Shown in pieces: positions 52,569-61,898 of a stretch of DNA of 64,000 nt. The notes under the pieces are model-generated. The model was given only the letters and a program-made list of their open reading frames with translations, ran no database searches and was not told the DNA's origin. The stretch comes from Nitrospinales bacterium (lineage in GTDB: Bacteria; Nitrospinota; Nitrospinia; Nitrospinales; VA-1). A program made the translations under genes and the position numbers. The stretch is taken from assembly GCA_965223345.1 (NCBI GenBank), contig CBDCWG010000012.1, forward strand, positions 2,112,001 to 2,176,000, written 5' to 3'. Positions within the stretch are counted from its first letter, which is position 1; the number at the start of each line of letters is the position of its first letter.

Positions 52569-55283
52569 ATGCATAAGAAAGGTGTTGGAGAGTTTCCGTA
52601 TTACGTGGGGGTCAACTCCCTGGCTGAACTGGCCACCAAGGACGATCGAGTCGTCGTTTTGAATATCCTGGGTAAGGAAAGTTCCGGCGTCACGCCGATC
52701 AGTCACGAGTATTCCGGCGGCAACGTCGTGTTCGGCACCGGGCCGGGAAAATCCGGAAAATTTCTGCCGACCAAGCTCGGCAAGATTCCCGTCTACAATT
52801 CCATCAAGGAAGGCATGGAGGCGGGCCACAAGTTCAACACGGTGGTCGTGTACCTGCCGCCGGCGGGCGTGAAGGACGGCGTCGCGGAAGCGGTGCGCCA
52901 GAATCCGGATCTCAAGAAGGTCATCGTATTGACGGAAAAGGTGTCGGTCAAGGATTCGCGCATCATGCGGGCGATCTGCCAGACCAACGGGGTGGATCTT
53001 TTCGGCGGCAACTGCCTGGGCGTGGCGGATGCGTGGAACCACGTGCGGCTGGGCGGCGCGCTGGGCGGCAGCCATCCGGAAGAGTCGCTGATCAAGGGAT
53101 CGGTGGCGATCTTTTCCAACTCCGGCAACTTCACCACCACCATCGCCGTCTATCTGGCGACGGCGGGCTGGGGCACCACCACGTCGGTGTCCAGCGGCAA
53201 GGACGTTTATATCCAGTACGGTCCGAAAGAGTTTCTGTATGCGTTCGAAAACGACAAACGCTCGCAGGCCGCCGTCATGTATTCGGAGCCGGGCGGCTAT
53301 TACGAGTACGGCCTCAAATCCTCCAAACCGATCGTCGCCTGTGTCGTCGGACGCTGGAAGGCGCGGTTGACGAAAGCCTGCGGCCATGCGGGTTCTCTGG
53401 CGGGATCCGGCGACGACGCGATGGCCAAGGAAAAATGGTTCATGGATTACTTCGGCGTGGAAGGGATCTACACGCCGGAAAAACCCATCTTTTCCAAGAA
53501 GGGCGCGCTGGTGACCAACATCGCCCATATCCCCGAAGCGCTGACGAAGGTGATGGAAGCCAACGGCAAGAAGACCGATTTCGAGCCGAAGGGCAGCCTC
53601 TCTCTCAAGTGCTGGTTCGGCAACAACAACGGTCTCAAACTTCCCAAAGAGCTGGACGTGCCCGTGGTCGAGGCGATCAGCCCCTACAACGAGCAGATCG
53701 AGGCGCTGGACAAGCAGGTCGGCGCGCAGTTGCGACGGGAAACGCTCAAGGATGCGAGCGGCGCTTCGATGATGGATCCGAAGACGCAGGTCTCCAAGAT
53801 CCACAACGTTTCCATCCTCGACGCTTCGAAAAAAACGTTCGAGTCGAACCTCGTGTTCGCGTTGACCAAGCAGTATCCCAGCGAATACGGCGAGAAGATC
53901 GCCAACATCGCACTCAATCTGTATGTCAACCAGCACGGTCAGCCCACCATCGCTTCCGCGGAAGCCTCGCGGGAGGCGGGCAACTCGCCCAACACGGTGG
54001 TGGCGGCTGCGGTGAGCATCATCGGTAAGAAGAAAATCGAGAAGTCGATGGCGGCGGCGCAGGTCCTGCTGGATCTGTTCCAGTTCACCAAAATGACCAA
54101 CCCGGAAGAGAACTTCGACTACAAAGCGCAGTTGAAGGAGGCGAAAGAGCACGCGGATGCACTGCTGACCTCCGATAAGGACGGCTGCGGCGAGAAGATG
54201 GTCGAAGGGCTGAAGCAGGCGGGCAACTCGGTGTTCGTCAACTTTCTGGCGGATTTCGCCAAAGCGGAAAAGAAAGTTCCCACCGGGGACGCGCTGTTTG
54301 CGGCGGTCTGGGTGACGCTGGGATGGAACAGCCTGAAAACCAAAAAGATCACCAAGGACTCGCTGGTGCGTCTGCCCTGGTACTCGCGCATCTTCAGCAC
54401 CATCGTCGGGGTCACGGCGTCGCACGACAAGCATCAGAAAGACAGCTTCTGCGGCGTGAGCCTGGAAGAGCTGATCGGCAAGACCTCGTTCACCAAGACG
54501 GCGTTCCTCGCGCTGCTGGGCCGCGAGCCTTCCGAGAGCGAGCTGTTCGAGTTTCAGGTGTTGCTGGGGCTGATCATCACCAACGGACCGGGAACCATTT
54601 CCGCTCAGGGTTCGAAAGGCGCGGTGAGCGCCGACGGTCCCGAGCAGCCCGACCGGGTGCAGGTGAACAAGAGCATCATCGGTTTTCTCACGCACACCGG
54701 TTTCGCGCACGGCGGCAACGGCTACGAAGCGGCGGCGTTCCTGATCGAAAAATTCAAGGACACCAAGCTCAAAAGCCCGTCGGACAAAAATCACGGCCTT
54801 GATCTCGACAAGATGGCGCTGGAGACCGCGACCGAGTACGGGAATTACAAAAAACAGCAGAAAGCGATCGGCAATCTGGACTACGCCAAGATCCCCTGCG
54901 TGAACCATCCCGTGTTCAAAGGCAAGGACGTGAACATGGACCCGCGCGAGGAATTCGTGCGCAAGCTGTTCGAGGAAAAAGGGCTCGACAACGTGTTCCT
55001 CGATTTCTACCACAGCCTGGTCAACGCCCTGTTCAAGGCCAAGGTCAGCAAGAACGTGTACTGCGTGAACATCGACGCGGTGATCGCGGTCATTCTGCTG
55101 AAGATGGTGTGGCAGGACTACAAGGACGGCAAGATGAAGGAAGAGGACATCGAAACCGCAAGTTTCGCCACCTTCCTGTTCGGCCGCATGATCGGCTGCG
55201 CGGCGGAGATCGACGATCACACCAGCCGCGGCAAGAACATGGACACCCGGACGCCCGCGAGCAAATGCGCGTACGTGGGATGA
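52569..55283 (+). CDS. aclA: ATP-citrate lyase alpha subunit
   Basis: CoA-binding domain, GGNCLG, SNSGN, SEPGG, phospho-His GHAG; citrate-synthase-like C-terminus (NGPG.IS, AHGG, NHP, VNIDAV). Confidence 0.93.
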   Translation: MHKKGVGEFPYYVGVNSLAELATKDDRVVVLNILGKESSGVTPISHEYSGGNVVFGTGPGKSGKFLPTKLGKIPVYNSIKEGMEAGHKFNTVVVYLPPAGVKDGVAEAVRQNPDLKKVIVLTEKVSVKDSRIMRAICQTNGVDLFGGNCLGVADAWNHVRLGGALGGSHPEESLIKGSVAIFSNSGNFTTTIAVYLATAGWGTTTSVSSGKDVYIQYGPKEFLYAFENDKRSQAAVMYSEPGGYYEYGLKSSKPIVACVVGRWKARLTKACGHAGSLAGSGDDAMAKEKWFMDYFGVEGIYTPEKPIFSKKGALVTNIAHIPEALTKVMEANGKKTDFEPKGSLSLKCWFGNNNGLKLPKELDVPVVEAISPYNEQIEALDKQVGAQLRRETLKDASGASMMDPKTQVSKIHNVSILDASKKTFESNLVFALTKQYPSEYGEKIANIALNLYVNQHGQPTIASAEASREAGNSPNTVVAAAVSIIGKKKIEKSMAAAQVLLDLFQFTKMTNPEENFDYKAQLKEAKEHADALLTSDKDGCGEKMVEGLKQAGNSVFVNFLADFAKAEKKVPTGDALFAAVWVTLGWNSLKTKKITKDSLVRLPWYSRIFSTIVGVTASHDKHQKDSFCGVSLEELIGKTSFTKTAFLALLGREPSESELFEFQVLLGLIITNGPGTISAQGSKGAVSADGPEQPDRVQVNKSIIGFLTHTGFAHGGNGYEAAAFLIEKFKDTKLKSPSDKNHGLDLDKMALETATEYGNYKKQQKAIGNLDYAKIPCVNHPVFKGKDVNMDPREEFVRKLFEEKGLDNVFLDFYHSLVNALFKAKVSKNVYCVNIDAVIAVILLKMVWQDYKDGKMKEEDIETASFATFLFGRMIGCAAEIDDHTSRGKNMDTRTPASKCAYVG

Positions 55284-55418
55284 CTGGCGCGGTCCATTCA
55301 TGACAGGACCTCTCAGGCAAAGCGGCCGCCCTGGATATTTTCAGGGCGGCGGATAGCCTGAAACGATCCTGAGAGGTTCTTGAGAAGGGTTGACGTTTCG
55401 GCGCACCCCTCAGGGATG

Positions 55419-55453
55419 AAAATCCCCTCCCGAAAACGGGAGGGGATTTTTTT
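55419..55453. terminator. Bidirectional intrinsic terminator between aclA and cbiZ
   Basis: AAAATCCCCTCCCG-AAAA-CGGGAGGGGATTTTTTT. Confidence 0.9.
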
Positions 55454-56129
55454 ATTCGCTTGAAGGCTCCCGCATCACTTCCCGCACGGCTTTGCCGATC
55501 AGTTCTCCAAGTACGGTGTGCATGCCGCAGTAGGTTTCATCCCGTTCGCCGGAGGCGGCGACGGCGATGCAGTCGGTTCCGGTTCCGGTGGCGGGACGGC
55601 CGGATCGGGGGCTGATTTTACCGGCTTCGATCAGGGCGGCGGTCTTCGCCATGGTTGCGGTGTGAACGGCTTCGATCATCCCTTCGATGCGGGGCAGGGC
55701 GTTGGTGGCGAGGATCAGGTTGATCGTGCCGGGTGTTTGCGGCGTGCTGTTCTGTGGCGCGTCGGCAGGATCGCCTACGGCCCTGAGGTTGTGCAGCCCG
55801 GATGTGGCGATGGCGTGCACCCACAAGGGACCCTGGCTCCGGACGCACTCGCGGAAGCGCTCGATGTCCGCTCCGGTGAGCAGCCCCACCGCATCTTCCG
55901 GCAGGTCGAGGGAGGTTTTGACTTGCCGGAAAATACCGTCGAGATCGCTTTCTGCAAACTTTCCTCTGCGGTGGTTGAACACGCAGGCAGCGCGCACCAA
56001 GCCGCCGTTGTGCGGCGCCCAGCTCAGGACCTGCCAGCGACCGGGAAGCCGGATCACAAGCGTGTCTCGAGCCAGATCCACTTTCACTGGGGATGCGGAT
56101 TTTGCAGTGTTGGCCGTCGAGTTTTTCAT
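55452..56129 (-). CDS. cbiZ: Adenosylcobinamide amidohydrolase
   Basis: LSWAPHNGG, GLLTGA, TSGLHN, PGTIN, AKT, ATGTGTDC, GMHT.LGE. Confidence 0.88.
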   Translation of the reverse strand: MKNSTANTAKSASPVKVDLARDTLVIRLPGRWQVLSWAPHNGGLVRAACVFNHRRGKFAESDLDGIFRQVKTSLDLPEDAVGLLTGADIERFRECVRSQGPLWVHAIATSGLHNLRAVGDPADAPQNSTPQTPGTINLILATNALPRIEGMIEAVHTATMAKTAALIEAGKISPRSGRPATGTGTDCIAVAASGERDETYCGMHTVLGELIGKAVREVMREPSSE

Positions 56130-56210
56130 TGCCGGGAAGTTTGCTTTGAATGGCAATGAAAAGCAAGCGATTTTGTCCTGCGGTGCGCGTGGAACCGAAC
56201 GGATTGAGGT

Positions 56211-56723
56211 TCAGCGGTAGCGCTGGACTTGGAAGCGGTGCATTTCGTAGGGGGCGGCCGCGTCGATGCCGGCTTTTTTGAGGCAGACCCGGAGCTGGTC
56301 CTGGACCGTGTCGATGCCGTCGAGGTTGGGCAGCAGCACGCCCTGTTTGTCCTGGTGGTGCACCGAGAGGCCGTATTCGCGGCAGTCGAGCAGCGCGGGG
56401 TCGTCGATCTTTTCCAGCGGGCTCAGCACATCGATGGACACGGCGATCTCCGGCAGCTCTTGCAGTGAAATCGAATCGAAGCGGGGATCCTGGGTGGCGG
56501 CTTTGAGAGCGTTGTGGATGATCTCGTCGGCCAGGTTTTCGTGCTGCGGTCTCAGGCTGCCGATGCAGCCGCGCAGTTGCCCGTTTCGCTTGAGCGACAC
56601 GAACACGCCTTTTCGTTGCTTGAATTCGTCGCCGAGCGGTTCGGGGCAGAGCAGCGGAAACCCGCTAACCAGATAGTGCCGGATGGAATTGGTGGCCAGA
56701 GATATGTAGGGGTGGGCTTCCAT
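56211..56723 (-). CDS. AMMECR1 domain protein (AmmeMemoRadiSam protein A)
   Basis: GVFVSL..LRGCIGS, AATQDPRF, SIDVLSP, GVLLP, KAGI. Confidence 0.92.
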   Translation of the reverse strand: MEAHPYISLATNSIRHYLVSGFPLLCPEPLGDEFKQRKGVFVSLKRNGQLRGCIGSLRPQHENLADEIIHNALKAATQDPRFDSISLQELPEIAVSIDVLSPLEKIDDPALLDCREYGLSVHHQDKQGVLLPNLDGIDTVQDQLRVCLKKAGIDAAAPYEMHRFQVQRYR

Positions 56724-56847
56724 GGGACTCCCATTCCTTCCTCCTCTTACTCAGAATAGGACGGGAATTGCCGGGGTGCAAGTGTTTTGCGGAAAAATAC
56801 GGCCCGTCCGGGCGTGCCGGCGGGGCGGAAGCGGCGAAGGAATCGCC

Positions 56848-57849
56848 TCAGGGGCAGGATTTGGCGGCGGTGTGGCGGTCGATTGTGTAATCGGCCACGG
56901 CGATCAGGCAATCGGCGTATTCCGGGTGGGGAAAGTCCTGCCCGCGCAGGGTGGCTTTGGCGCGATCGATGTATTCGCGCGCCAGATCCAGAGTGTAATC
57001 GATTGATTTGGCTTCGCGCAACCGTTCGAGAATGAAGGCGAACTCCTTGTGCGTGATGTTCTCGTTTTTCACGAAGCCTTCGATCTGCTTTTTCATCCTG
57101 CGGTCGCTGTTCTCATACAGGTGCAGCAGGGGCAGGGTGACGTGCCCTTCCTTGAAATCGGTTCCCGGCGGCTTGCCCAGCAGGTCCTCGTCGCCTTCGT
57201 AATCCATGGCGTCGTCCACCAGCTGGAACGCCATGCCGAAATCGTTGGCGAACGAGACGATACTGTCTTCCTGCTCCTTGTCGGCGTTGGCGAGCAACGC
57301 ACCCATCTGGCAGCTCACGGCGATGATGGATGCGGTCTTGCGGTAGATCACATCCAGGCAGTGCTTTTTGCTGACATTGAGTTTGCGCGCCTGGGTGAAT
57401 TCCAGAATGCCGCCCTCGACGAGGATTTTCGTCGCCTCGGCAATGGCCTGGATGATCCTCTGTTCGCAGTCCTGCGCCAGCAGCAGGATGGCGCGGGAAA
57501 TGAGAAAATCTCCCACCAGGATGCTGGCGTCGCTGCCCCATTTGGAATTGACGGTCTCGTTGCCGCGCCGGACGGTGGTTTCATCGACCACGTCGTCGTG
57601 CAGCAGGGTGGCTGCGTGGATGTATTCCACGACGCAGCCGTGTTTGACCACCGTGGCGTCCCCTTCACGGCCGCACAGGCGGGCGGAAATCAGGGTGAGC
57701 AGCGGCCGGATGCGCTTCCCGCCCCCGTCCATCAGGTACTGGCTGATGCCCGGGATGAGAGGCACGTCCGAGGTGTAATTTTTGCGAATGGCCGCCTCGA
57801 CCTTCGACATGTCCTCCTTGAACAGTCTTGTGACGCCGCTGTATTCCAT
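56848..57849 (-). CDS. ispB: Polyprenyl (octaprenyl-type) diphosphate synthase
   Basis: GGKRIRP, IHAATLLHDDVVD..RRG, GDF, KTA, FQLVDDAMD, GKPPGTDFKEG. Confidence 0.92.
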   Translation of the reverse strand: MEYSGVTRLFKEDMSKVEAAIRKNYTSDVPLIPGISQYLMDGGGKRIRPLLTLISARLCGREGDATVVKHGCVVEYIHAATLLHDDVVDETTVRRGNETVNSKWGSDASILVGDFLISRAILLLAQDCEQRIIQAIAEATKILVEGGILEFTQARKLNVSKKHCLDVIYRKTASIIAVSCQMGALLANADKEQEDSIVSFANDFGMAFQLVDDAMDYEGDEDLLGKPPGTDFKEGHVTLPLLHLYENSDRRMKKQIEGFVKNENITHKEFAFILERLREAKSIDYTLDLAREYIDRAKATLRGQDFPHPEYADCLIAVADYTIDRHTAAKSCP

Positions 57850-58222
57850 GGTTGGTCCACCTAGTGATTTGAAGATAAGTCCCGTTGGGGAAAGATCCGG
57901 ACGGATCGCCTTTTTGGGGCCTGTTTTTGGCGTAAACGATTACTTTTATGGGAAAAACCCCATCTTGTCAAGCCAAAAGCCAGCGGCCGCCGGAGTGCCG
58001 AAACGGCGTTTGAAATCCCCCCGGAAGGGAGATAAGGTTTTATAATAGCAGGGCTCGAGCCGTCGCGGCCCGGAAGGGGGCAATGGGGATTGAAGCCCGG
58101 TATCGCCTGTGTAAGTGCTGATATATTAACTTGTTTTTTGCGATCCCGGCGGGGCGGCTCCCGCCGATCGAAATGAAAGGATTTTCCTGCTGAAACCAGT
58201 CACGAATCGAAACCGTCCGCGG

Positions 58223-59086
58223 GTGAGCGTCGTGGTTCCCACATTCAACCGTGCCCATTGTCTCGGTGAAACACTGGAATCGATCGCCGGCCAGAGTTTC
58301 CACGATTTTGAGTTGATCGTGGTGGATGACGGCTCCACCGATGCGACCCGTAGTGTGGTGACCGGATTTCCCGGAGTGCGGTACGAGCGGCTCAAGGAAA
58401 ATGCGGGCGTGTCTGCGGCGCGCAACCGGGGGATCGCTCTGGCCCAAGGAGAATTCATCTGTTTTCTGGATTCGGACGATCTGTGGCATGAGGACAAACT
58501 CGCAAGGCAGGTGGAATGGATGACGGCGCATCCGGATTGCACGGTGTGCTACACGGATGAAATCTGGATCCGCAACGGCGTGCGGGTGAACCCCATGAAA
58601 AAACACGGAAAGTACAGTGGAGACATTTTCAGGCATTGCCTGCCGCTTTGCATCGTCAGTCCTTCGTCGGTGCTGATGCGGGCCTCATTGTTTGAAGAGG
58701 TGGGAGGCTTCGATGAAAGTCTGCCCGCCTGCGAGGATTACGATCTGTGGCTTCGCATCGCGCTAACGCACCCGTTTCATTTTATCGAAGAGAAGCTGAT
58801 CGTGAAGCGCGGCGGCCACGCCGATCAGCTGTCGCACAAGCACTGGGGCATGGACCGCTTTCGCGTGCGGGCGTTGGTCAAACTGCTGGAAGGGGAAGCG
58901 ACGCTTTCCCCGGAGAGGCGCGGCTGGGTCTTGGACACGCTGCGGCAAAAATGCGGCGTGCTGATTCAGGGATCGTTGAAGCGGGGCAACCGGGAGCAGG
59001 CGGAACGCTATCGCGCTCTTTTGCAGCGCTACGCGAGCGCTGCGCAGGCGGTGGCTAACGAGATAACACTCAAAGGATCCTCATGA
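58223..59086 (+). CDS. GT2 family glycosyltransferase
   Basis: SVVVPTFNR, VDDGSTD, GVSAARNRG, FLDSDDLW, SPSSV, CEDYDLW; true start may lie a few codons upstream. Confidence 0.92.
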   Translation: MSVVVPTFNRAHCLGETLESIAGQSFHDFELIVVDDGSTDATRSVVTGFPGVRYERLKENAGVSAARNRGIALAQGEFICFLDSDDLWHEDKLARQVEWMTAHPDCTVCYTDEIWIRNGVRVNPMKKHGKYSGDIFRHCLPLCIVSPSSVLMRASLFEEVGGFDESLPACEDYDLWLRIALTHPFHFIEEKLIVKRGGHADQLSHKHWGMDRFRVRALVKLLEGEATLSPERRGWVLDTLRQKCGVLIQGSLKRGNREQAERYRALLQRYASAAQAVANEITLKGSS

Positions 59087-60225
59087 AGGCGATGCAATCT
59101 CATAACGCCCGGCGTTGGCTGAAGGCGGCGGCTTTGCTGCTTATTCCCACACTGCTGCTGGCGGCGGACAAGCCGCAGGCGGCGATCGAGAAGATCCGCG
59201 AGCGCTGCCGGGCGGTGCTGGAGCAGGCCCTGCAGAACGAGAACGCCTTCGTCCGCGGCGCGGCGGCGCGGGCGGCGGGGGAATCGGGAGACGCCTCGCT
59301 CATCCCGCTGTTGAAGAAAGCCACCCAGGATGTCTATCACACGACGCGGCTGTTCGCGTTGAAGGGGCTCAAGAACGTCTCCGAAGAGGAAGCGCAGGCG
59401 CTTGCGGAGAAGATGGCGAAGGATTCGAACGTGTGGGTGCAGGGGGCGGCGCTGGAGCTTCTGGGGGAGCGCAAAACGCCGGAGGCGCGCGAACTCATCC
59501 TGCCGCATCTGGAATCTCCGGACCGGCCGGTGCGGCTTGCGGCTGCGGCGGCGCTCGTCACCGCGGGAGAAAATCAGTACCTGCCGCGGGTGTTGAAAGT
59601 CGCGAGCGACCCCAATGCGCTGGAACGCTACCAGGCCATCGGTTATCTGGGGAAAATGCCGCCGAAGAAAAGCCTGCCGGCTCTGATGGCGCTGCTGGTG
59701 GATGAGGAAGACGAAACGGTGTATTACAGTTTGCAGGCGATGGGCAAGCGGGTGCCGCGCGAGATGGCCTCGCGGCTCAACCGGCTTTCACGCAGCGACA
59801 ATCCGTCGGTGCGCACGCAGGCGGTTCTGTTGATGGGGCATTTGCCACCTGCTGTGGCGCGCAAGCGCGTGCAGGCGCTGTGCGACGATGCGGATGCGCT
59901 GGTGCGTGTGTCCGCCGCGGTGGCGATGACGCGGATGGGATTTTCCGATTGCAAAGCCGTGTTCGCAAAGGCGCTCCAGCATCCCGATTACGGCGTGCGT
60001 AGCACGACGGCGCGCATTCTCGGGGAGCTGCCGCTGGAAGGGAAGGCGGAGTTGCTTGCCGGTGTGCTGACCGACGCCAACACGCGGGTGCGCACCTCGG
60101 CGGTGCGGGCGATCGGCATGATGGGCGGTGCGGCGGCGTTCCCGCTGCTGGCGCGGATGCTGGATGACCCGCAGGAAGCGGTTCGCGCCTATGCCGCCGG
60201 CGGACTCATGAAGCTCACCCGTTGA
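59083..60225 (+). CDS. Secreted HEAT / PBS-lyase-like repeat protein
   Basis: Signal peptide; repeated L.D....VR..AA..LG units; ATGA overlap with the GT2 gene. Confidence 0.85.
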   Translation: MKAMQSHNARRWLKAAALLLIPTLLLAADKPQAAIEKIRERCRAVLEQALQNENAFVRGAAARAAGESGDASLIPLLKKATQDVYHTTRLFALKGLKNVSEEEAQALAEKMAKDSNVWVQGAALELLGERKTPEARELILPHLESPDRPVRLAAAAALVTAGENQYLPRVLKVASDPNALERYQAIGYLGKMPPKKSLPALMALLVDEEDETVYYSLQAMGKRVPREMASRLNRLSRSDNPSVRTQAVLLMGHLPPAVARKRVQALCDDADALVRVSAAVAMTRMGFSDCKAVFAKALQHPDYGVRSTTARILGELPLEGKAELLAGVLTDANTRVRTSAVRAIGMMGGAAAFPLLARMLDDPQEAVRAYAAGGLMKLTR

Positions 60226-60234
60226 CGGCAGTCC

Positions 60235-61197
60235 TTAAAAGGAAGGCAGGCCGACGATGCGGCCCTGGGCGCCGGGTTTTTTCAAGACATCGGGAAGGGC
60301 CTCAACGATCGCTTGCGAGAGCGCGTCCTTGACGGCCTGTTTGTGGAACGAGCGGCTGGAGACGATGCTGACCTCGCGCGTCGGCACCGGTTCGGTGAAA
60401 GAGCGGATTTTTTTCTTCTTTTCCGCATCCCGCATGTCCTGAATCGCCAGATACGGCAACAGGGTGTAGCCGAATTTTTTGTCCACCAACCGCTTCAGCG
60501 TTTCCAGGTTGCCGCTTTCGAACACCAGGTTTTTGTGTTGCGAGTCGGCGATCTTTCTTTTTTTGCACAGGTCCAGAACCTGATCGCGGAAACAATGGCC
60601 TTCGTTGAGCAGCCAGATGTCTTTGAGGCTCAGTTCGTTTTCCGGGATGCGCTGCTGTTTGTGCAGGGGATGCCGGGGAGACAGGTAGACCACGAAGGGC
60701 TCATAGAACAGCACGCTCTTCTCGATTCCGCGCGTGTTGAGCGGCGTCACCAGAATTCCCGCATCGATCGTATCCTCCCGGAGCTTTTCGACGATCTGCC
60801 CCGTCTGCAATTCTTCGATCACCAGATCGACCTTCGGGTGCCGGGTGACGAAGTCCTCCAGGAACAGCGGCAGCAGGTAGGGCGCCAGGGTGGGGATCAC
60901 GCCGAGCTTGAACTCGCCCTGAATTTCGTCTTTCTCGCTGTGGATGATCTCCTCGATGCGGGACACTTCCCAGAGCACGGTCTGCGCCTGCTCGAGGATT
61001 TTCCGGCCGATCGCCGTCGGCTGCACGGGTTTTTTCGAGCGGTCGAAGATCCGCACGCCCAGGTCTTCCTCGAGCTTTTGGATCTGCATGCTCAGGGTCG
61101 GCTGGGTGACGAAGCAGGACTGCGCCGCGAGGCCGAAATTGCGCTCGCGCAGCACCGCCAGGATGTAGCTCAGTTGTGTGAGTGTTATAGATTTCAT
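60235..61197 (-). CDS. oxyR: Hydrogen-peroxide-responsive LysR regulator OxyR
   Basis: NFGLAAQSCFVTQPTLSMQI, IPTLAPYLLP, LLNEGHCFRDQVLDLC (both redox Cys); divergent from dps. Confidence 0.9.
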   Translation of the reverse strand: MKSITLTQLSYILAVLRERNFGLAAQSCFVTQPTLSMQIQKLEEDLGVRIFDRSKKPVQPTAIGRKILEQAQTVLWEVSRIEEIIHSEKDEIQGEFKLGVIPTLAPYLLPLFLEDFVTRHPKVDLVIEELQTGQIVEKLREDTIDAGILVTPLNTRGIEKSVLFYEPFVVYLSPRHPLHKQQRIPENELSLKDIWLLNEGHCFRDQVLDLCKKRKIADSQHKNLVFESGNLETLKRLVDKKFGYTLLPYLAIQDMRDAEKKKKIRSFTEPVPTREVSIVSSRSFHKQAVKDALSQAIVEALPDVLKKPGAQGRIVGLPSF

Positions 61198-61231
61198 CTA
61201 TTTCATTATAGCTATAATAGATTAGACTTAT
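61187..61231. promoter_or_regulatory. OxyR binding site and back-to-back -10 elements
   Basis: ATAG-N7-CTAT (61187-61201) and ATAG-N7-TTAT (61217-61231); palindrome ATTATAGCTATAAT gives TATAAT on both strands. Confidence 0.7.
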
Positions 61232-61297
61232 CAATGGAAAACGATATCATGGGGTCAGGAAAACAGATTCGCCTCTAAAGAAAAAAGGAGGAACACC

Positions 61298-61768
61298 ATG
61301 AACATCGACATCGGAATTCCCGAAACAGAACGCAAAGAAATCGCGGAAGGCCTGTCCCGGCTTCTCGCGGATACCTATACCCTGTACCTGAAAACCCACA
61401 ACTTCCACTGGAACGTCACCGGCCCGATGTTTCAGACCCTGCATCTCATGTTTGAGACGCAGTACAACGAGCTGGCTCTCGCGGTGGACGGAATCGCCGA
61501 GCGCATCCGCTCTCTCGGGTTTCCCGCTCCGGGAAGCTATGCGGCATTTGCAAAGCTCGGCTCCATCAAAGAATCGACCGGCGTGCCCAAGGCCAGGGAC
61601 ATGATCCGCGAACTGGTGGAAGGCCAGGAAGCGGTGGCGCGTACGGCCCGGGCGGTGTTTCCGGCCGCGGAAAAAGGCAGCGACGAGGCCACGGCGGATC
61701 TGTTGACGCAGCGCATCCAGATCCACGAGAAAACCGCCTGGATGCTGCGCAGTCTGCTGGAAGAATGA
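61298..61768 (+). CDS. dps: DNA-protecting protein Dps
   Basis: [55 protein letters not shown]. Confidence 0.97.
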   Translation: MNIDIGIPETERKEIAEGLSRLLADTYTLYLKTHNFHWNVTGPMFQTLHLMFETQYNELALAVDGIAERIRSLGFPAPGSYAAFAKLGSIKESTGVPKARDMIRELVEGQEAVARTARAVFPAAEKGSDEATADLLTQRIQIHEKTAWMLRSLLEE

Positions 61769-61898
61769 ACGACTATCCGGAGAGATTTCACATTCATGAG
61801 CGATGAATAAATATATACAGCCGGGAACAAATCGGGGGCGATGCGGGATCCCCGCAACTCGCCGCTCCCTGAACACACTCAAACTGGAGGATCGAACG

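Noticed and set aside
52473..55301. 942-aa antisense ORF, and similar long shadow ORFs (7617..9335, 17062..19101, 21100..23649, 24741..26267, 39735..41402)
   Set aside because: Overlap well-supported genes; expected from GC-rich codon bias; no motifs
55305..55325. CTCTCAGGCAAAG resembles the 3' end of a glycine riboswitch; the nearby region loosely resembles 6S RNA
   Set aside because: No upstream GGAGA/CCGAAG aptamer elements, 3'-UTR position with no downstream gene on that strand, and no long closing stem for 6S
55300..55356. 18-codon ORF MTGPLRQSGRPGYFQGGG after aclA
   Set aside because: No clear RBS; the sequence is better explained by inverted repeats
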